DNA from: Blasia pusilla
Lineage: Eukaryota
Reading direction: 5' to 3'
Assembly: GCA_050084515.1 (NCBI GenBank)
Contig: CM114271.1
Location: 40,610,001 to 40,674,000, forward strand
DNA: 64,000 nt
The notes under the pieces are model-generated. The model ran no database searches. It saw nothing but the letters and a program-made list of their open reading frames with translations, and had not been told where the DNA came from. Below are positions 27,703 to 40,380 of the stretch, one piece after another. Position numbers and translations under genes: made by a program. Each line of letters opens with the position of its first letter. Within the stretch, counting starts at the first letter, position 1.

Positions 27703-28017
27703 TCTCTCCATTTGACACCTCTGTTGTTTCAGGTCTTGACACCTGTCCCCTCTAATAGTTCAGATTTATCTAAGGAAGACTTCTTTCATGCTCTAATGAT
27801 TCAGTTTCATCTAACTAAACTAGATGAGAAGGAAGACTTCTTTCACCCTCGGTTGTTTCAGGTCTTGACACCTGTCCCCTCTAATAGTTCAGATTCATCT
27901 AACTAAACTAGATGAGAAGGAAGACTTCTTTCACCCTCTAATAATTCAGTTTCATCTAACTAAACTAGATGAGAAGGAAGACTTCTTTCACCCGTGCGGG
28001 GCACGGTTATCGACTAG
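27703..28017 (+). mobile_element. Putative non-autonomous Helitron containing an internal minisatellite
   Basis: 3' terminus: GC hairpin CCGTGC-ggg-GCACGG (27992-28006) followed 7 nt later by CTAG|T (28014-28018). The 5' end is tentative (A|TC at 27702-27704). Confidence 0.55.
27716..27993 (+). repeat. Imperfect tandem repeat (about 53-bp core with a repeated ~30-bp module)
   Basis: Core ctctaat.rttcag.ttcatctaactaaactagatgagaaggaagacttctttcacc occurs three times plus a partial copy. gttgtttcaggtcttgacacctgtccc occurs twice. Confidence 0.85.
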
Positions 28018-28634
28018 TTAAGTCGTACGAGGCGACCCTACAAGTTTTTCCGTTACATTTAGTTAACTCGATCATGGATCTAAGCCATCTCCATGAGGGT
28101 GAAGGTTGGTAGTACTAAGCACATGTGACATGGTAGTTGCTCTGTTTAGCTGAATGCGGAAGGTTTGTATTGTGAACTTCTATGTAGTTTGGATATGTTA
28201 CCATAGTATTTGAACCCTAATACTAAAGCGATACCTAACTCTCTACCTAGTTGTGCATCTTATATATTACTGTCTTTGTTCCATGCTTGCTCTAAGATGA
28301 GAAATATTTGCGTTCTAAGCTCGTCTTGTATGTGTAGTCATCCATGCGCTCCAACCAACTATGTCAGATCTAATTGACCTAAGATAGTTTGCTGTTGTAG
28401 CTGCGCATCTCGCGGAGATTGCATTCAGTTTCAAAATTGAAGCCTTTACTTCATATACTACTCTACCACAATGTAGTGGATCCGTTTTAAGGTGTATTCT
28501 CTATTGACACTTGATCTCGTGGATGAGAGGATATCATAGTTTCTATGAAACATTCATTTTGTTTTAGTGTTGAATGCTTATGGTTTCGTTTCTTTCGTTG
28601 TGGTTTTGTTTATTCAATTTTAGACCACACTAGA

Positions 28635-29623
28635 TGTCGTGCGTCTACTCTCCTTGAACGTAAATCTTTAGTGTTGCGGAAGCGTGCGTTCAGTAGGACA
28701 CGCTCTCACTGTTGATCTGCACCCAAACATGCACTCATGTTAGTCAGGTCTCGGTCAATCAGCGCTCCATCTCACCGATATCTCAACTCGGCCTCTCATC
28801 AAGCTCAACCTTCCTAATTTCTCGCTTTACAACACGGACAAGTCTCTCAAGACTCGAGACAAACTTTCTAGTCGGTCCGGGAACCTCAAACGGCGTTTGC
28901 ACGCCTGATGGTCCCAACTGTCCAATGGACCTCCAATGAGTCCCTAAGTGAGACTCACTAAAATGAGTCGCGGGTTGGAATCCAAGTGTGGCTTTCGAAA
29001 TCCAATCCCTTGGATGAGGTTTGGGTTTCGAATTCCAATACTAAACTACCATTCCATTCCATATGGCGTCCCAAGGTGGGATTTGGGTCCTTAGAATCCT
29101 TGGAGACACTCCCCCTTACTAGTACTTCTGGGGATCTCTGCCCTTCCCCTAACTTTGGGGAAAGGATAGTCGGGCCCCTCATTTTGGCCCTCAACCCAAC
29201 TTCCCATACAGTTGTTTTCGGCCAATATCTTAGCCTCTTGTTGTGCGTTTGCTAAGATCTTTATTGCACCGGAATCGGCTTTGCATAAGCTTTCTAATCC
29301 CACCTTATTTGGGTGGCACCCAAATTAACGCATTTATGGTCCGAAATATTGTCCAAACCCCAAACACTATTCGCGTTCCAAATCCGATTCTCACCTCTTT
29401 GGCAACCAACCTTCCTAGACTCGACTCATATCAAGTCTTGGTTCACTTTTGGTTAAGGTTTCTTGGTCGTGACCATAAACACATGAAACACACAAACTCT
29501 ATTCGCGCGTTTCGTCTCTTGGACTCTTTCAAGAGACCTCTCCAAAGCGTAACCATCCTCACGTGAGCTCGCTAAAGTTTTGATGTTCCGCTTGGCGTTC
29601 GTTTGGTCATGAGGGTCGCGACA
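28635..29623 (-). mobile_element. Solo LTR of a chromovirus-related family, reverse orientation
   Basis: Reverse complement runs TGTCGCGACCCTCATGACC...GCACGACA, homologous to the LTR at 30531. Flanked by the 5-bp TSD CTAGA (28630-28634, 29624-29628). Confidence 0.9.
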
Positions 29624-30530
29624 CTAGATGTAATCAAAACATTTTTTATTTCTGTATAGCTATTCTATACATTCTCATAACCATTTATGGCTGTGTTCTA
29701 GATCATAGAGTCAATTGAAAACATTGAATTTTTATAGCCCAATTGAAATCTTGTGAGTTTATCCTTTTTTCACCACAATTTTTTTTTTATCTAGACAACA
29801 TGGATTATGGGTATGTATAGCCACAATTACTTCCACTTGAGACATGCCGACTCTTGTTTGGTTTGCTCATTCTAGATTGTTCTATCTATCCATTTGTTAT
29901 TAAGTCATGGGGATATCAGTAGCGATGTGTCACAATTGTTCAAACTTTGTCGCCTCTTGTGCATTTACTTGAGTGGATTTTAAATGACCATATCCAACTT
30001 GGTGGTGTGGTGTAGCTTTATATAGTTTCTGCTCTCTTATCTCAAAATTGAATGATGGCACTTTTTGAATACCTAAATGCGTTTTAAAGGAAACCCCCTT
30101 GTCAGCTTATAACGCTATGTTGAAGCAGTGATTAAGACAGACATAATTTCAATGTCTCACGTCTTCACTCCTTCTGTATGTTGTTGTATAGTGCAATGAT
30201 GACCATTGTACAACCTTAGGTTGAATTTTGTTTTATATGATTATGCAGCGAGGCCTACATTCAATTTGTCAACGAACACCTTTGTTTTTCTTTCCATTTC
30301 CTCGGATGGTCACAAGCAGAAACCACGGCTCTAGTTGTTCCCTCATCCGGTTGTCGCGTTTACAAATTATGGACTAGGTATGTATACTCCACAATCACAA
30401 TGACTTCAAAGTTTTGCTTAATGCTTGGTAATCTATGGAATTTTATGAAGCAAGAATTTACCACATATGGTGCAACTGAATAGCATCCCCCGGGGTATTC
30501 GCCGGGCATGAATACCTGCGGTCCATCATG

Positions 30531-33500
30531 TGTCGCGACCCTCATGACCAAACGAGTGCCAAGCGGAACATAGGAACATTAGCGGGCTAATGCTAAGATG
30601 GTTTGCGCGTTGGAGTAGTCTCGAAGAAGAGACAAGAGACGAGACGCGAACGAGGCTTAGCGTTTCAAATGTTTTGGTTGCGACTGAGAAACCTGGACCA
30701 AACGCGGAATAAGACTTGAAAGGAGTCGAGTCTAGATAGTGGGTGCCAAAAGGAAGAATCCGGATTTGGAACGCCACTAGCGTTTGAGAGTTTCCGACTG
30801 TATTTATAACCATAACTTTTAGCGCCAAGATGCGTTTGGATTAAAAAAGGGTGCGTTGGAAGGCTTATGGAAAGCCAATTCAAACGTACTAAAGATCTTT
30901 GCAAACGCATGAGCACCGGCTGAGAAACAACCCAGAAACGATTGTAAGTAGAGTTGGGTTGAGGGCCACAATGAAGGGTCCGACCCTCCTTTTCCAAAGG
31001 GGCGGTTATTGGAGAACCCAGAAGTACTAGTAAGGGGGAAGGTCTCCGAGAGTGCTTGGAACTCGAACCCCACTTTGGGCACCATGGGGCGGCTCAAGAG
31101 CATGGAACGGATCGAGAGTTTGGGGTTGGGTTGGAAAACCAGAACCAAGTCTACGGAGGCGATTTTAGACATCCCTCTTGGATTTCATCCCAAGACTCAA
31201 TTACTTGGGTCTCGGTTTGGAACTCACATGAGGTCCGTTGAACAGTTGGGATCCCTAGGCGCGCAAGTGCCGTTTTAGGTTCCTCGACTAATCAGGAAGT
31301 CTATTCCAAGTCTTGAAGGACTTGCCATGTTTTGGAAACTAGGAATTAAGGAAGGTTGAGCTTGATGAGACGCCGAGTTGAGAACTCGGTGGGTTGGAAC
31401 GCTGGTTGGCCCGGACCCTACTAACGAGAGTGCGTGTTTGGGTGCAGATCGGCGATGAGATCGTGTTGTACTGAACGTACGCTTTTGCAACACTAAAGAT
31501 TGGCGTTCAAGGAGACTGAGGCGCGACAAGTGGTATCAGAGCTAATCCTTGGTGAGCAAGAACTTGGGGTCGTGGGATCAACCAGACGCTTGGGAAAACG
31601 CAAGGTAGCGGCTAGACTCAGATGCTCGAGGAGGGACGCAAGAAACGAGGAGGAGATCTGAGTGAGTTGGCTTGAAAATGGCTATCGAGGGAGAACAACC
31701 CAAGAAGCGCCGAATCAAGCGACGTGAACCAAGAGAGGAACCAATGCCGGACCGTGAAGCTATGGAGGAGACGGAGACTGCCGAAGAGCTGAACGCCAGT
31801 CGTGAGGACGTTCCAGGGGCGAATCCTTCCACGGGGCCATCGGGCCCAAGCTCAAGGGAACGGACCGAGTCAAGCTAGATGTTGGACTTGTTGAAGCTAT
31901 TGGTGGAGCAAATGTCACAGCAAAGCAAGCGAATTGCAGAGTTAGAGGCCACCCGAACTTCGGGTGCGGGCAAAAGCTCGCAAGACAAACCGCCACGCCA
32001 TTCATTGGGGTGGGGCGCCATGAAAGTGAAGGATTTCCTTACGGAACTGGAACTGTACTTCGGCGTAGAGGGCAGTTGAGGAGGGCAAGGTGACGGTAGA
32101 CGTTACTTTCCTGAAGGATCATGCGCTACAATGGTGGACAGCTCAACGAGAGGAATATCTGGTCGGCGAGTCACCTCTGAGTTGGGAGGAGTTCAAGGTG
32201 TTGATTGGGGATCGATTCACTCCGGAGTACCAAGGGTTGCGCGACACGGTGGAATGCGTGCAGATGCGGCAGAGTGGTTCCTTAAGCGCGTATGTGAGGG
32301 AGTTTAGTGCGAAACTGACTTCTCTTCCAAAGATGGATGAGCACGTAAAGAAGGCTATCTTCATTAGTGGACTCAAGCCGAGCGCTGAAAAGGCCCTTTA
32401 CCGAATGCCGACGTTTCCAGATACCTGCGCGGATCTTCTGAAGCTAGCGGAGCGGATTGGGGACGATGAGGTCCAAACCCAGAAACCCTTTGAGCCAGAA
32501 GGTTTTTCAAAGAAGTCGAAAAATAAGGAGTCGTTCAAAAGAGTCTGGAGTGGGGGCCAGCACGATCCAGGAGAGTCGTCTGCCCCGGCAGCAAAACGAG
32601 TGAAACTTCATGCGAAGCCGAGAGGAGGACAACACTCGAAGTCAGGGAACGGCAAGGTCATATGCTACAACTGTGGCGAACCGGGGCACCTGGCGAAAGT
32701 GTGTTCAAAACCGAAGGTTAGTAATGGGAGTATGATTGCGTTTTCTGCTAAGCATCTATTGGCGGGTGATCTTGAGACGTCCCTTCAGGTCACCAAGAGG
32801 ACGCACAATTTGGTGTACCTAAGATCCAAGATTGCTGATCGCGATGTGTTGTTGCTCGTGGATACAGGTGCTTCGCACTCCTTCTTAAGCCCGAGAATTG
32901 TGAAGGAACTGGGGTTGTCTACCTCTAAGGCGGATGGGCCCATTCGATTAGGATTTGCAGGAGGCAAGTCTCATCGGACTTTTGAATTGGTCTTGGGTTT
33001 GACCGTAGGATGCGGGGTATTCGAGTTGAAGGAGAATTTCACTGTGTGCGAAGTGGATGGCATTGACGGAGTCTTGGGGAATACATTCCTAAATGCGTAT
33101 GAGGTGGAGTTAAGATGTAGACCCTTGAGGTTGAGCGTCTTGCTAAAAGGCAAACGGTTACAGGTGCGGTTGGTCCGTGAAGTTCCGGCAAAAAAGGAGT
33201 TAGTGAACTCAATTACAAGGAGGAGCATGATCGAGTTGGAGGATGGATTTCTCTGCTTGATGAGACAAGTGGAGGAGGCTACAAGCCGAATACGCAGAGA
33301 TCAGGTTACTGCTTCAAGGGGAATCCCAGAACCACTCCAGGAAGTGGTCAAGGAGTTTGAGGATGTCTTGACAAATGAGCTCCCGACTGAATTTCCACCA
33401 CATAGAGCCGTCGATCATAAGATAGAGATCATACCTGGTTCCCAACTGCCTTCAAAAGCACCATATAGGTTGAATCAGGAGGAACTTCTTGAGTTGAAAA

Positions 33501-36500
33501 GGCAGTTAAGTGAGCTCTTGGAAAAGGGTTACATTAGGACTAGCAAGTCACCTTATGGAGCACCAGTTCTTTTTGTGAAGAAGAAGGATAGAAAGATGAG
33601 GCTATGTGTTGATTACCGTGCGCTGAATAAAGTGACGGTTCGGAACAATTATCCTCTTCCGAGGATAGATGATCTCTTCGTTAGGCTGGCAGGCGTGAGA
33701 TATTTCAGTAGGATTGACTTGAAGTCAAGATATTACCAAATCCGGATTGCCGAGGCAGATGTGGAGAAGACTGCGTGTAGGACAAGATACGGTTCCTTTG
33801 AGTTTGTAGTGATGCCTTTCGGTCTATGTAACACGCCTCCGACGTTCACCACATTGATGAACTCCATTTTTCACAAGGAAATGGATGAGTATGTTATCAT
33901 CTATATTGATGACATACTTATCTATTCGAAGTCACTAGAGGAGCACGTTCGACATGTGAGAGCGGTCTTGTCTAAGCTAAGGGAAAATCAGCTGTATGCG
34001 AATGTAGAGAAGAGCGAATTTGGTTTGAGCAAGATCAAATTATTGGGTCACGTGGTCAATGCAGATGGCGTCAGTCCAGACATGGAGAAGGTGAAAGTGA
34101 TTGTCGAGTGGGAACCCCCATCCATTGTAAAGGGGATGAGGAGGTTCATAGGTGCGGTGTAGTTCTATCGCACTTATGTGAAAAACTTTTCGGGAATTGT
34201 GAGACCTCTCACGGATTGGACAGCAAATTTTTCCAACACGACTTGGACCCAAGAAGTTAATGAGGCATTCCGCCGAGTGAAGCAGATTCTATCGCAGGAA
34301 CCAGTATTGAAGCTGCCGGAGTTTGACAAACCGTTCGAAGTGCATACCGATGCTAGTGATTTCGCGGTTGCAGGAATGTTGGTGCAAGAAGGGAGATCGG
34401 TAGCATACGAGAGCAAGAAGCTTAGCGATACTGAAAGGAGATGGCCCACTCACGAGAAAGAGTTGTTCGTGGTGGTACATTGCTTGAGGAAGTGGCGGCA
34501 TTATCTAGGGCTCCACAGGACTCGAGTATTCACCGATAATATATCACTCAAGTATTTTGAGACCCAGGATCGAGTGACACCGAAACAACTGCGATGGCAT
34601 GATACCTTTGCGCTGATGGATGTTGAGTTGATTCACAAGCCAGGTAAAGATAATGTCTTTCCAGATGCGTTGAGTCGCAAGGAGGAACACATGCCATCGA
34701 CGACACAGGTCTTGAGAGCAATGTTTCCTAAAGAAATAGACCTGGAAAGAAGGATTCGTGAAGGATATATGAAGGATGCTCACGCAGGGGAGTACCTGAG
34801 GAAGTTGAAGCAGGGTGAGAAGGTGGCCAACATAAGTTTGAGCCACGGTTTACTAAGGTTCAAGCAGAGTAGGATCTATGTAGGGCAAGGCAGGATGCGA
34901 ACCAAAGTGTTAACGGAGTGTCACGACGGACCCTTGGCAGGACATAAAGGAGAGAAATCTATGTTGGCTGTTCTGTCGAGGCGAAGCGGTTCTTTTGGCC
35001 CAACATGAAAGAGGATGTTGCTCAATATGTGAAGACCTGTGTGACCTGCCAAGCGAATAGAGTTTCTTATGATAAGAAACAAGGCTTGTTGCATCCCTTG
35101 CCGATCCCAGAAGGACCCTTGCAAAGTGTGAGTATGGATCTCATCACGAGTCTTCCGGAATCTGAGGGATACAACGCTATACTTGTGATTGTTGATTGGT
35201 TTAGCAAGTTGGCGAGATTCGTGCCGACGGTGGATTCCGCAACGGCTTATACGACGTCGCAACTATTTCTCGATAGCTGGTGGCGTGCTCACGGTTTTCC
35301 AAGGAGCATTGTTTCAGATCGGGATCCAAAGTTTACCAGTGCTTTCTGGAAGCACTTGTTCAAGAGGTTTAAGACCAAGCTGAGTTTCAGTATGGCTTTC
35401 AACCCACAGACGGATGGACAGACTGAAAAGGTAAACTCAATCGTGAATCAGTACTTAAGGAATTATGTCAGTGCTGATCAACGAGATTGGGTCAAGTGGC
35501 TGAGCATGGCGGAGTACTGCTACAACTCGACCAAGCATTCTGCAAGTGGAGAATCTCCGTTTCTCGTGGAAAATGGACGAGAGCCAGAAGGGCCTCTTGA
35601 CCTAGACCTTTCGAAGGGTACTACATTGGCACGAACACGACAAGCGACGGCAGAAGGTTTGTTGGTAGAGATGCGAGAACGGGAAGAGCGAGCAAGGCAA
35701 AGTCTTGCAAAGGCTTAAATGAGGTACGTTAAGCATGCTAACAAGAGTCGGCGCCAAGTACGATTTCAAGTTGGAGAGCAAGTGTGGTTGAGTGTGAAGA
35801 ACCTCACTCTTCCGAAAGAGTTGTTTGCGAAGCTGTCTGCCAAGTTTGCTGGACCGTATGTGATTGTGGCAAACCCGTTTGAGGATGTGTATACTTTGGG
35901 GCTGCCGATCGAGTTCAAGATTCACCCAACCTTTCATGTGTCATTGTTGAAGAAATATCTTCAAGATAATGGACGTTTCGAGCAGAGACAAGTGGTGAGG
36001 CCGCACCCGGTGATCATAAATGAAGAGCCGGAGTTTGAGGTGGAGACCATCTTACGTTCGAGGCGTCGGGCCAACAAGTATGAATACTTGGTTAAATGGA
36101 AGGTCTACCATGTGAAGGAGGCAACTTGGATTGCGGAGGCGGATTTGGAACACGCGCAAGAGTTGTTGCGAGACTTCAAACATAAGCAAGTTTAAGCACA
36201 TACGTTAGTACGAGGAGAAGCTAGAGACATGACTTGTACCCATTGGAATCTTGGGCCAAAGGCCGTTGTAACTAGAATATGCTAGTGTTGCAATAAAGGA
36301 GTGTATGGATTTGGAGATTCGATGCCAGAGTTGATTGCAATTTGTATGTGGGAGTGCATGGCTATGAGTCGTTCATCATAGGCTTAGGATGTAAGTCAAG
36401 AGGACAGACAAGGAGTATTTGAGGTGAGAGCTCGTATGTGGATAAGCACCTAGAACAGGACCTTGTGTTGGATTGCACTCGGGCTCTCCCTAGCTTCGGC

Positions 36501-37899
36501 GGGGCAGATGAAGTCTGTCTTGGGGCTTGAGGTGATCTTACTTGTGGCTACATAAGTAAACTTAGTGACGCGCCTAAGTCGAATACGAGAGCTACCCAAT
36601 AGTAGTATGAATTGTAGACCAGGTAAACAAGTGTGATGTTTACAGGAATGAGCGAGAAAAGTCTAAGGTTGCATACTTAGTTAGCTTATTTGATAGGTTA
36701 GTTCTTCGGAACGAGTCCAGGCTTATCAAAGAGGAGAGGCTAATAATTCTAAGTGGTGCAAAGCGAAAAGTGTAGACTAAGAAGAATTGCGGGTTAGCCA
36801 CCAGAACGCAATTCAATGTCAAGGGGTAGGCTGCCCAGGAAACTTGACATAACAAAGGTTTGCGTTGATGAGGGCATCAACCTCTAAAGAGGGGTGAGTG
36901 TCGCGACTGTCATGACCAAACGAGTGCCAAGCGGAACATCGGAACATTAGCGGGCTCACGCTAAGATGGTTTGCACGTTGGAGTAGTCTCGAAGAAGAGA
37001 CAAGAGACGAGACGCGAGCGAGGCTTCGCGTTTCAAATGTTGTGGTCACGACCAAGAAACCTGGACCAAATGCGGAATAAGACTTGAAAGGATTTGAGTC
37101 TAGAAAGTGGGTGCCAAAAGGAAGAATCGGGATTTGGAACGCCACTAGCGTTTGAGAGTTTTCGACTGTATTTATAACCATAACTTTTAGTGCCAAGATG
37201 CGTTTGGATTAAAAAAGGGTGCGTTGGAAGGCTTATGGAAAGCCAATTCAAACGTACTAAAGATCTTTGCAAACGCATGAGCACCGGCTGAGAAACAACC
37301 CAGAAACGATTGTAAGTAGAGTTGGGTTGAGGGCCACAATGAAGGGTCCGACCCTCCTTTTCCAAAGGGGGGCGGTTATTGGAGAACCCAGAAGTACTAG
37401 TAAGGGGGAAGGTCTCCGAGAGTGCTTGGAACTCGAACCCCACTTTGGGCACCATGGGGCGGCTCAAGGGCATGGAACGGATCGAGAGTTTGGGGTTGGG
37501 TTGGAAAACCTGAACCAAGTCTACGGAGGAAATTTTAGACATCCCTCTTGGATTTCACCCCGCGACTCAATTACTTGGATCTCGGTTTGGAACTCGCACG
37601 AGGTCCGTTGAACAGTTGGGATCCCTAGGCGCGCAAGTGCCGTTTTAGGTTCCTCGACTAATCAGGAAGTCTATTCCAAGTCTTGAAGGACTTGCCATGT
37701 TTTGGAAACTAGGAATTAAGGAAGGTTGAGCTTGATGAGACGCCGAGTTGAGAACTCGGTGGGTTGGAACGCTGGTTGGCCCAGACCCGACTAACGAGAG
37801 TGTGTGTTTGGGTGCAGATCGGCGATGAGATCGTGTCCTACTGAACGTATGCTTCCGCAACATTAAAGATTGGCGTTCAAGGAGAGTAGGGGCGCGACA
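30531..37899 (+). mobile_element. Full-length Ty3/gypsy chromovirus LTR retrotransposon (pseudogenised)
   Basis: 5' LTR 30531-31528 and 3' LTR 36899-37899 (TG..CA). TSD TCATG on both sides. PBS TGGTATCAGAGC (tRNA-iMet) at 31531-31542. PPT AAAGAGGGGTGAG just before 36899. Confidence 0.96.
31678..36195 (+). pseudogene. gag-pol of the chromovirus: gag, CCHC knuckle, protease, RT, RNase H, integrase, chromodomain; several stops and frameshifts
   Basis: CYNCGEPGHLAKVC, LLVDTGASHSF, YIDDILIYS, FEVHTDASDFA, CVTCQ, IVSDRDPKFTS, PQTDGQTE, GPY, FEVETILRSRRRANKYEYLVKWK..ATW. In-frame stops at 34160-34162 and 35716-35718; frameshift near 35000. Confidence 0.93.
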
Positions 37900-37904
37900 T
37901 CATG

Positions 37905-40380
37905 TGTCATAAATCAATCTCTGAAATAAAAGTGTGAGTGTAGACCAAATGAAGACCATGCCTTGCACTTCTCCACATTCCTTGGTTGATCAACACGTGC
38001 CAACTGAGCATCAAAGTGTCAGAATTTAGGGATAACTACATCTCCAAGACATACAATATGATTATTGTCCGCAAATAAAAGGGAAATACAATCAAGAAAG
38101 GCCGACCTCCATTATATAGAGAAATTTTTAGTAATAAGCTTATGCAAATGGGGCACCACCGAGGAAATCTCATATACAACTACATTTGGAGAACTCCAAA
38201 ACCATAACCTCCTCTTCAAACCTACCATTGTCGCGACCCTCATAACCAAAGAGCACCAAGTAGGCGCCAAGCAAAATATCAGAACTCAAGGGAACTCACG
38301 TTACGAGGTTTGCGCTTTGGAGAGGCGTTTGGAAAAGAGGAATTGCGGGTTAGCTACCAGAACGCGATTCAATGTTAAGGGGTCGGCTTCCCAGAACTTA
38401 ACATTAATAAGGTTTGCGTTGAAAAGGAAATCAACCTTCTAAGGAGGGGTGAGTGTCGCGACCCTCATAACCAAACAACACCAAATAGGCGCCAAGCGAA
38501 ACATTACAACTCAAGGGAACTCACGCTGCGAGGTTTGCGCTTTGGAGAGGCGTTTGGAAAAGTCTCTTGGAAAAGTCTAAGAGAAGAAACGCGAAACAGA
38601 GTTGTGCGTTTCATGCGTTAGTGGTCGCGACCAGGAAACTTAGACCAAAAGCGAGCCAAGACTTGAGATGAGTTGAGTGTGGGGAGGTTGGTTGCCAAAG
38701 AGGTGAGAACCAGTTTGGAACACGACTAGCGTTTGGGAGAATCTGACTGTGTTTAGGACCATAACGTTGAGCTCCAAGATGCGTTTGGGACAAGTAAGGG
38801 CGCGTTGGAAATCTGATCTTAAGACACTTCCGACCCACCAAAGATCTCAGCAAACGCATAAGTACAGGCTGAGATATTGGCCAAAAACGATTGAGAGAGC
38901 AATCGGGTTGAGGGCCAATTGGAGAGGCTCGGGTGTCTTTCCCTAAATGTAGGGGGCCCCTGGAGATCCCCAGAAGTACTAGTAAGGGAGGAGTCCCTCG
39001 GAGATGTCTCGAGAAACGAGTCCCCACTTTGGGCGCCAAACGACGTTTCAGAGGCACGGGATGGAACGGGAGTTTGGCGTGGGAACTCGAAACCCAAACC
39101 TGATCCAAGGGAGTGGACTTTATACGCCACACTTGGATTCCAACCCGAGATTCACTTCATGCAAGTCTCGATGAGGAACTCATTGGATTTCCATCGGACA
39201 GTTGGAACCGCTAGGCGCGAAACGCCGTTTCAGGTTCCTGAACCGCCCATAAAGTCTGTCCCAAGTCTTTCGAGATTTGCCCGTGTTGTAAACCGCGAAA
39301 CTAGGAAGGTTGAGCTTGATGAGAGTCCGAGACGAGAACTCGGAAAGTAATCCCGCTGATTGATCCAAGACCTGACTAACCAAAGTGCGTGTTTGGATGC
39401 AGATCAGCGTTGAGAGCGTGACCTACTGAACGCACGCCTCCGCAACAAACAAGATTAACGTTCAAGGAGAGTAGGCGCACGACAACCATGGTGCAAATAG
39501 AGGGCAAAAGGGGCCCCACTAAAAGCTCACACAAAAGAGATGAGGCTTGTAACGGGGCCATTTGCACCCTTCACCTCAGAGAAGATGATTGCACGAGACA
39601 CTAGGTTGACGGTATTCTCAACATCTACTTGTTAAACCACCCTCTCTGAATGTATATCAAACAAAGACCTCAAACCTAGTGTGACAGTTTGACGATTGGT
39701 TGGGATGGCCATTCCAAATTGATGCAAATAGAGGTGTGACTAGAAGGCCTCACGGCGTTGCAAAGAAATAGTGCTTTTCACCAACCTCAAAGTAACTATG
39801 ACGTTCGGACAAATCTCTCTAGCCCTTAGACAAGAGCCAAGAGTAACTCTGTCCTCAATACCAAGGCCATTGGTGCTAGAAGTCTCCATGGAGCTACGTG
39901 AGAGGCAACTTGTAGCAACTTGGAGAAGCCATTGGAAAATTCTTTGGGGGAAAAATCCTAAACATGTTCTTACACCATGCGAAAGAAACCTCTAAAAAGC
40001 AAGCTGTAGAGATGGTCCAAGTGCCTGTGCAAAGAGAGTTGAGTTTAAGCAAAGAACTATGTGAGGATAGAAGTTGACCAAAATGTCAATCCTTGGGCAA
40101 GGATGTAGCCTCCTAAGGACATGGGTAGTATCAATAGAGAGAGGGTGAAGAGGTAGCGCTACTCATGAGTACTCCCAAGCATGTCTTAGTGTCATATAAC
40201 ATCACAACGTGGGTGCTCCAAGGTCATCTCGGGGGAAACCAAGTGTAGTGCTTCCTTTGGATGCAAGCCGCAAACTCGCTCTCAGTAGACTCCTAATCAC
40301 ATGTACGAAACTACTTCAATCGAGCCAAAGTCCACCTATGGCCGGTCTTCCTACCTCGAGTATAGCACAGACATCAACGT
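37905..40380 (-). mobile_element. Old CRE-clade non-LTR retrotransposon RT relic, interrupted by the 38229-39484 insertion
   Basis: Minus-strand peptides RLVKSTISLQRREAF*SHLYLHQ(F)G, LRSLFDIHSERVV*QVDVENTVNLVSRAIIF, then across the insertion DFLGGAPFA, FADNNHIV and QLARV..NVEKCKAW follow the order of RT subdomains 2-7. Confidence 0.65.
38229..39484 (+). mobile_element. Internally deleted LTR element: ~105 bp of 5' LTR + 3' UTR/PPT + complete 3' LTR
   Basis: TGTCGCGACCC at 38229 and again at 38454. The spacer is homologous to 36781-36898 and ends in AAGGAGGGGTGAG (PPT). TSD ACCAT at 38224-38228 and 39485-39489. Confidence 0.9.

Noticed and set aside
27716-27993. CRISPR-like array
   Set aside because: No unique spacers and no cas genes. 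The context is eukaryotic and the units are directly tandem.
30526-31529. ORFs recurring at 28.7-29.6, 30.5-31.5, 36.8-37.9, 38.6-39.4 and 60.5-61.2 kb
   Set aside because: All lie within LTR copies and their frames are not preserved between copies.
34160-34162. Programmed stop read-through in chromovirus pol
   Set aside because: It falls in the RT/RNase H connection, not at a gag-pol boundary. Other stops and frameshifts show ordinary decay.
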